A stretch of DNA of 64,000 nt from a virus (Duplodnaviria > Caudoviricetes): IMG/VR virus record IMGVR_UViG_3300020112_000604, positions 64,001-128,000 of that record. One strand, 5' to 3'. Made by a program: the position numbers and the translations under genes. Of this stretch, positions 58,550 to 64,000 are shown in pieces. The stretch's first letter is position 1. Each line of letters begins with the position of its first letter. Under the pieces are notes generated by a model, which had not been told where the DNA came from, searched no databases, and saw nothing but the letters and a program-made list of their open reading frames with translations.

Positions 58550-59386
58550 TTAGTTACCACTCAGGATGTCTTCACGATGTTCGTTAAAGTCCATCACTGA
58601 TGAAAGAGACATGGCTCTATCACCAACTCGCTCTTTGATAGATAAAAGTTCTTCTTTGGTCTTTTTATCCAAGAATGTGAGATAAACAAAACCTACGGTT
58701 TCACTGTTTTCGTTATAAACGGATACTGCAACTGCTGCATTAAATCCGTCTCGTTTTAACCTGGCTATTGCCATAGGGAATGCATATTCCAATGACACCA
58801 AGTCATCAATAACGAATCCACCGTCTTCGTTGATTGACGTAGATGAAAGTTCATCCATTACTGATAGTGGAACGCCTTGCTGTTCCGCGATTCTAGGAGT
58901 AACCTGTTTTTCTCTTCTTACAATTTCCTGGATACATGTATACTTATAGAACGGTAATCCATGTGATGAATGTGTACCGTTGTGGAATACATAAACTGAT
59001 ATTCTGTCTGCATCAAAATCATCTTTAGCTTTTAATAGCATTGGACGTATAGCTTTAGATATCTTATTGTAATTCGAAAGAATATCTACATTCTTTCGAG
59101 TCTCATCTTTGAATACTTTGGCAGTTTCCGCATGGACAATTTCTTCGATAAAGTGTTTAAGCTCTTCTCTAGTCATTGGTTTTTCACCATTGTCTCTAGT
59201 ATCAGAAGTCTTCGAAAGCTCGTCGAGCTTACTCCACAATCTGTCCTGCGTTTTAGTATTCTGTTTTACAAACCAAAATATACCAAATATGAGTACTACA
59301 CAACAAATAGTACCAAATCCATAACGTTCAAATACTTCGGCAAAACCTCCTAGTTCGTCGGGTGACATCATTTTTTCTATCAGCAT
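58550..59386 (-). CDS. Holin-like protein (single TM plus GAF-like domain)
   Basis: N-terminal TM; ADRISVYVFHNG...LPF GAF-like motif; architecture like T4 holin T. Confidence 0.55.
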   Translation of the reverse strand: MLIEKMMSPDELGGFAEVFERYGFGTICCVVLIFGIFWFVKQNTKTQDRLWSKLDELSKTSDTRDNGEKPMTREELKHFIEEIVHAETAKVFKDETRKNVDILSNYNKISKAIRPMLLKAKDDFDADRISVYVFHNGTHSSHGLPFYKYTCIQEIVRREKQVTPRIAEQQGVPLSVMDELSSTSINEDGGFVIDDLVSLEYAFPMAIARLKRDGFNAAVAVSVYNENSETVGFVYLTFLDKKTKEELLSIKERVGDRAMSLSSVMDFNEHREDILSGN

Positions 59387-59405
59387 GATTTAAAATCCTC
59401 CTTTA

Positions 59406-62400
59406 TTAGAATTCAGCCAACCATGAGTCGTCATCACTAGATACGAAATCTAGAAGAATTGCATTCTTTACAGCATCTTTAGAAATTCTATTTGGAAATA
59501 CTTCTTCTTCATCACCTGAAGGTTCAGTATTTGTGTCCATCAGCCAATCGAGTACTTCAGGTTCTTCCGGAACCATGTCGTCTAATTTAGACGGTGCGTA
59601 TTCGGTTAACTGATAGTCTTCGTTGGTATATAGGTAACGATAAACTTCCAGAGACAGCTCCATAGAGGCTGGGTTAGGATATTCATCTGTTACTTTAACG
59701 ATGTCTGATGAAATATCCTTTACATCATCATATGATATTTTTCTTCCATTAACAAATACAAATGATGAGTTTCTGGATATTCCTGTCTTAGTATGTGTCT
59801 TGTCGATCTTTATATAACCAGAGTTTGTTTCTGGTGTACGTTTTATAACCGATTCGTTGAAATCGACGTTCATTTCATCCGGCACATAATATATGTCAAC
59901 TACGTCACCTATTGCTAATGTAATGTTTGAATAGAATGTAATATGTCCTACCGGGTTAGATCCATGGTAATCGGCTTCAACCCAATAATATTCATGTGTT
60001 TCTGTGTTTTCTTTTGCTAAATAATAGTGATTCTGTAAGAATCCGTCGGCATCATCACCGAGATAATGATATGTCTTACCTACCATATCTGCTGTAGGAG
60101 TTGTAAGCATAACCTCTACATTTATTGGTTTGTTAACTCCAACACTTGGGGCAATAACGACATAACTTCTTGGCAGGCAACGCTGGTTAACAAACACCAT
60201 GTACTGTCTTGGGTTAGTACAGAACTTGAATGTCTCATTAAGTGAAACAGTTCTTGCTCCGAGAATCTCAATAGTAGTTCTCTGATGTCTGAACTGTCGT
60301 CTCGATGTAGTCCATCCGTTAGCATTATCCCAGAATAAGAGGTCTGATGGTGTGAGTTCAAGCTTATACATTTCCGGGTCAGGAATCAGATACCAGTCTG
60401 TTGTAGGCTCTGGATCTGGTTCTTCTGGTGGATCGTCGCCCTCCTCTTCTAGGCTATATTGATAGATGGCATCCATCAATTCCTGAATTTTGTCAATATC
60501 AGTATCTTGCACGGAGAATGTATCTGAAAGGTGAGATCTGAGCGATAATTCCGAATACATATTACTCTGGTCTGACAGACTGAAGTATTCAACCCAATTA
60601 GCCGATGCCGAGTTATACTGATAATGACGTCCGTGCTTGAATGACATATAATCATCGCCGACAAAGAATATAATCATTCCGTTAGTTGGGTCAGTTGGTA
60701 ATGAAGCATAGCTAGCTACTACTGTAGACTTAGGGAAGTCTGTCTCGTAAGCTGCGGTTGCGGCATCATGTAATATGGCGTTGATTTCCGAATCGCTGAT
60801 GTAGGTATCGATCATACCTTCAACTGCTGCTAATCCGGCTGGAGTTGTAATATTAACGAAAGCATCATAGCCAATATCAGAATCATCGAAATGAATTACT
60901 GGACCATTGATGAATTCAACACCTCCACCACTAGGCAGCGGAGTTACACCATGTCCTCTAACCCATGGGTCGGTTATGGTAAACGGAACCTGATATACCT
61001 GGTCCTGATGGTCCACCCTACCTTCCGGTGTTATATCGGACCATAACTGTACTTCAGGTTTATCATACAGGTACTTACATGTGACAACAGAGTCGTTTAT
61101 CTTTAACGGCATTATTGTATTATTGCAGTACAGATAAAAGACGATTTCAATCTTGTCTTCGTTGGCACAAATGAAGTTTGGTACCTTGAAGTATCTGTCG
61201 TGGTATGTAATCTTGTCTGCATTGGCATACAACTCACCATTTACGAAAATCATTACGTAATTCTCTCTATGGTTGGCAGGTCCACATACCATTTCAAGTG
61301 CACCTTCTGTATTGATGAAACTCTGAATAGCTTCGCCGGTAGTAACAGCACTGAACTCGAATCTAGGTAATCCACATTCAAGTTTATCTGAATCATAATT
61401 AGCAATGTATGCTATGGCAGCTAAGAAGTTTTCTTCGTAAGACTTAGTATCATAAAATACGAAGTCGAATGAATCATTGATTCCTCCCATGCCATGGAAG
61501 AATCTCGGATCTTCTTTTTCTTCATGTGAAAACATTTCCGGAAGATTCTTTCTGAGAATCCATTCATCATTATTGATGAGTCCGTCGTATTCTTCCTGAT
61601 AAGCTTCATCAACTATTCCCTTCATAACGTCACGGACTTCTTGAACGTCCTTCTCGAATATTTCTGAAATAAGATGATATAAAGCTTTCTTGGTGTCTTC
61701 GTTAGTATAAGTGATGATTTCATCCCACGGTGTAGGATATTCTTCAGCATTGTCGATATGAACGTTATGGAATTGGAATCCATACTTATCACTACGTGCT
61801 GCCATTCTATATATTTCGTCGATGAAAGTTTGGCAAGATAACTCAGTGTCATCAAGGAAGTCCTCGAATGCTGAGCCAAGTGTTTCAACGACACTATGTG
61901 CGAGTCTTAATGTATTGTCTTCGGTGTATTCAACCCTCTTGGATACTACAACCATAGCTCTAGAGTCTTCGTCAAATTCCTGATATCTTACGGAGATGAT
62001 ATTGAAGTTTCTACAGTCCACTTCAGCATCTCTGATGAGACGACCATTCTGAAAACAATATACACAATTTGGTTTTACTTTATTCTTGTAGTGTAATCCT
62101 TCTACTCTTTCGAAAAACATGGTGCCATATGTACCACGATGTGTTTCAGGATCGACAAACATTTCTTTCGAAAATACCAAAGGATCGTTGGAGTATACAT
62201 GGAAACGACGCATATCTCCTTCGGATGTAGGTGCGGAAGTAATGGAACCGTTTCCGTCGAATGTAAATATCTCGTGCTCTGTAGGTACAGGTGATAAATA
62301 TCTGTACTGAAGCATATCGAGTCTAGTGTAGTCTCTAATTAAAGTATCTCGGTTCTCCATCCAAGAAATATCAAGTAAAATATAATCATTGTATAAATCG

Positions 62401-62909
62401 GTTTTCATGCGGGTATATTCTATTGGAACGTATAACCCGTCTAGGAAGCACATAAAAGGTCTGATAATTCCGAGCTTAATTAAGTTCGGTAATGTTGCTT
62501 CCAATGTCGTGTCAATAACAACACCGTAGACGCTGGTATTAGCGTCTACAGTGATGTCTGAAGGAAATTTGTCACGATTAACTGCCATAAGAGCGGCAAC
62601 CGGAATAGAAGTGATAGCTGATATGTCATTGAACGTTTCGTTCACTTTACCCTGTAAAGTGATAGTGTTATCAATAACACTACGCTGTCTGTCCGGCATA
62701 TTGTTGAATAGTATCGATTCCGTCTGGAATATACGAACACTTGCACTTGAAGATAACACGTAGTCATCTTCAAATACATGTGTAGTAACAGGTTGAGTTG
62801 TAACACCGTCTATAAATTCAGGGACGAAAGCCTTACCCAGGCATCTGTTGACAGAGTCGGTCCTGGATCTAAGGTACTCGACCCGTTCTTTATAAGGTGG
62901 TATTATCAT
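59406..62909 (-). CDS. Large virion structural protein (tail/baseplate-associated)
   Basis: 1167 aa, acidic, repeated (M/F)-x-F-x-(N/D)-G beta motifs, late operon. Confidence 0.6.
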   Translation of the reverse strand: MIIPPYKERVEYLRSRTDSVNRCLGKAFVPEFIDGVTTQPVTTHVFEDDYVLSSSASVRIFQTESILFNNMPDRQRSVIDNTITLQGKVNETFNDISAITSIPVAALMAVNRDKFPSDITVDANTSVYGVVIDTTLEATLPNLIKLGIIRPFMCFLDGLYVPIEYTRMKTDLYNDYILLDISWMENRDTLIRDYTRLDMLQYRYLSPVPTEHEIFTFDGNGSITSAPTSEGDMRRFHVYSNDPLVFSKEMFVDPETHRGTYGTMFFERVEGLHYKNKVKPNCVYCFQNGRLIRDAEVDCRNFNIISVRYQEFDEDSRAMVVVSKRVEYTEDNTLRLAHSVVETLGSAFEDFLDDTELSCQTFIDEIYRMAARSDKYGFQFHNVHIDNAEEYPTPWDEIITYTNEDTKKALYHLISEIFEKDVQEVRDVMKGIVDEAYQEEYDGLINNDEWILRKNLPEMFSHEEKEDPRFFHGMGGINDSFDFVFYDTKSYEENFLAAIAYIANYDSDKLECGLPRFEFSAVTTGEAIQSFINTEGALEMVCGPANHRENYVMIFVNGELYANADKITYHDRYFKVPNFICANEDKIEIVFYLYCNNTIMPLKINDSVVTCKYLYDKPEVQLWSDITPEGRVDHQDQVYQVPFTITDPWVRGHGVTPLPSGGGVEFINGPVIHFDDSDIGYDAFVNITTPAGLAAVEGMIDTYISDSEINAILHDAATAAYETDFPKSTVVASYASLPTDPTNGMIIFFVGDDYMSFKHGRHYQYNSASANWVEYFSLSDQSNMYSELSLRSHLSDTFSVQDTDIDKIQELMDAIYQYSLEEEGDDPPEEPDPEPTTDWYLIPDPEMYKLELTPSDLLFWDNANGWTTSRRQFRHQRTTIEILGARTVSLNETFKFCTNPRQYMVFVNQRCLPRSYVVIAPSVGVNKPINVEVMLTTPTADMVGKTYHYLGDDADGFLQNHYYLAKENTETHEYYWVEADYHGSNPVGHITFYSNITLAIGDVVDIYYVPDEMNVDFNESVIKRTPETNSGYIKIDKTHTKTGISRNSSFVFVNGRKISYDDVKDISSDIVKVTDEYPNPASMELSLEVYRYLYTNEDYQLTEYAPSKLDDMVPEEPEVLDWLMDTNTEPSGDEEEVFPNRISKDAVKNAILLDFVSSDDDSWLAEF

Positions 62910-63859
62910 ATCAGACTTCCTCCTGTTTTAATAATTTCCTTGGCGAGCATAACCATGTTTGGACCGCAGATCTTCTCGATGGTCTTCTGGTTATTGATGT
63001 AGCATCCGACATAAGCATCTGTTACCATAGCTGCAAGAGCCGGCCAGTACTCTGTAGCGAATGCTGTCTTTGTTCCGTATATGAATAGCCATCTTTCGAT
63101 AAATGCATCGAGAGACAGTGTTGGTATCTTGAGAACGTGACCAACGAACGAAATGAATGTCTTGATATCCTTAAACGGATTAGGCATATCGCTTGTTTCG
63201 ATATACTTTTCGATGATGCCTTCTTCACGGTCTGAGAGTCCAGTCCATGATAATGCAGCATGTCTTAACTTCTTATATCCGTCTTCGATACCGCTCATAT
63301 TCTCAGCAAAGTACATGCAAGCCATAAGCTTACATCTTGCGGTGAGGTTCTTATCGAGACTTATCTTGTGAAGATAATCAACGATGTTTGTGAAGAGCGA
63401 TGCCCAGCACTGCATAGACATAGTCCTTGCTTTAGCTGTACAGATAACGGATCTGAACTTCTCATCTGAGAAAGCAAAGTTTTCTGTAGCCGCGATAAGC
63501 TGAGCTATAAGCTGGTCGATATCAACGCATTTGTATTTACCAGCAATATTGTCATAACGGATAACTCTTGACACGTCCATGAATACCTTCTTAGCATTGC
63601 CCGACTTCACATCCTTAGCAACGAATACGTTGAACTGTGTTGGAAGTGAAACCTCTGGAGCAAGTAAGATGCAGTTCTTACTCTGGAAGATAGTAATCAT
63701 CCAGTTATCCATCTGGCGATGTTTGAATTCATTTATAATGTCATCAAACTTAGGATCATTCTGATTAAGCCTTTCAGCTTTAAGCATGCATTCTACGATC
63801 TTCTTCTCGTATTCTGGATTCATAGTATACAGATACGATTCAGAATATTTTGTAGCCAT
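62906..63859 (-). CDS. Putative virion structural protein
   Basis: 317 aa, AAAGGAGG RBS, ATGA overlap with the next gene. Confidence 0.6.
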   Translation of the reverse strand: MATKYSESYLYTMNPEYEKKIVECMLKAERLNQNDPKFDDIINEFKHRQMDNWMITIFQSKNCILLAPEVSLPTQFNVFVAKDVKSGNAKKVFMDVSRVIRYDNIAGKYKCVDIDQLIAQLIAATENFAFSDEKFRSVICTAKARTMSMQCWASLFTNIVDYLHKISLDKNLTARCKLMACMYFAENMSGIEDGYKKLRHAALSWTGLSDREEGIIEKYIETSDMPNPFKDIKTFISFVGHVLKIPTLSLDAFIERWLFIYGTKTAFATEYWPALAAMVTDAYVGCYINNQKTIEKICGPNMVMLAKEIIKTGGSLI

Positions 63860-63891
63860 ATATATGTACCTCCTTTAGTAGTAAACATTGT

Positions 63892-63903
63892 TACTTGAAT
63901 GTT
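63892..63903 (-). promoter_or_regulatory. Late promoter AACA-N6-TA
   Basis: AACATTCAAGTA on the minus strand. Confidence 0.65.
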
Positions 63904-64000
63904 TAGAATTCCATCTTTTCGTTTAGTTTAGAATCCCATTCATTGTCAGGACAGTTTGTAAGAGTATAAAGACAGAGAATACCTTCTTTAGATATACTCT

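Larger units (their letters stand above)
1..64000. mobile_element. Jumbo bacteriophage genome segment (phiKZ/AR9-like, phage-encoded multisubunit RNAP), probable Ruminococcus-like host
   Basis: Split RNAP beta-prime genes, split-type PolB, gp21-like prohead protease, baseplate and tape-measure genes, phage-type promoter motifs, no typical bacterial housekeeping operons. Host inferred from dockerins and Firmicute-type RBS. Confidence 0.93.

Noticed and set aside
1-64000. tRNA/rRNA genes, introns, inteins, chimallin/PhuZ, cohesins
   Set aside because: None recognisable by eye in this window; not excluded elsewhere in the genome.

Overview
This window is a segment of a large lytic jumbo phage of the phiKZ/AR9(PBS1)-like type. 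Hallmarks are two split multisubunit RNA polymerase beta-prime fragments, a split-type family B DNA polymerase, a T4 gp21-like prohead protease, baseplate-type genes, a 4170-aa tape-measure/tail lysin, RusA, a dNMP kinase and a holin-like protein. The host is probably a cellulosome-producing Firmicute (Ruminococcus-like; inferred from dockerins, signal peptides and RBS style). Most notable observations: (1) an early-promoter-driven island at 24.5-36.8 kb encoding six secreted dockerin-bearing proteins, two with transglutaminase-like Cys-His-Asp domains; (2) an unannotated, late-promoter-driven tandem array of structurally conserved hairpin units at 48.17-48.70 kb, whose linkers are antisense to Shine-Dalgarno/start-codon regions, plus a solitary similar RNA at 58.4 kb; (3) a further structured ncRNA at 42.27 kb; (4) a duplicated early promoter and 5' leader with kissing-loop potential; (5) a readable promoter code (TATATTAT early, AACA-N6-TA late, AACT/AACC-N6-TA variant); (6) four single-base frameshifts at mononucleotide runs, all in accessory genes. 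All family assignments come from motif recognition by eye; no searches were run.
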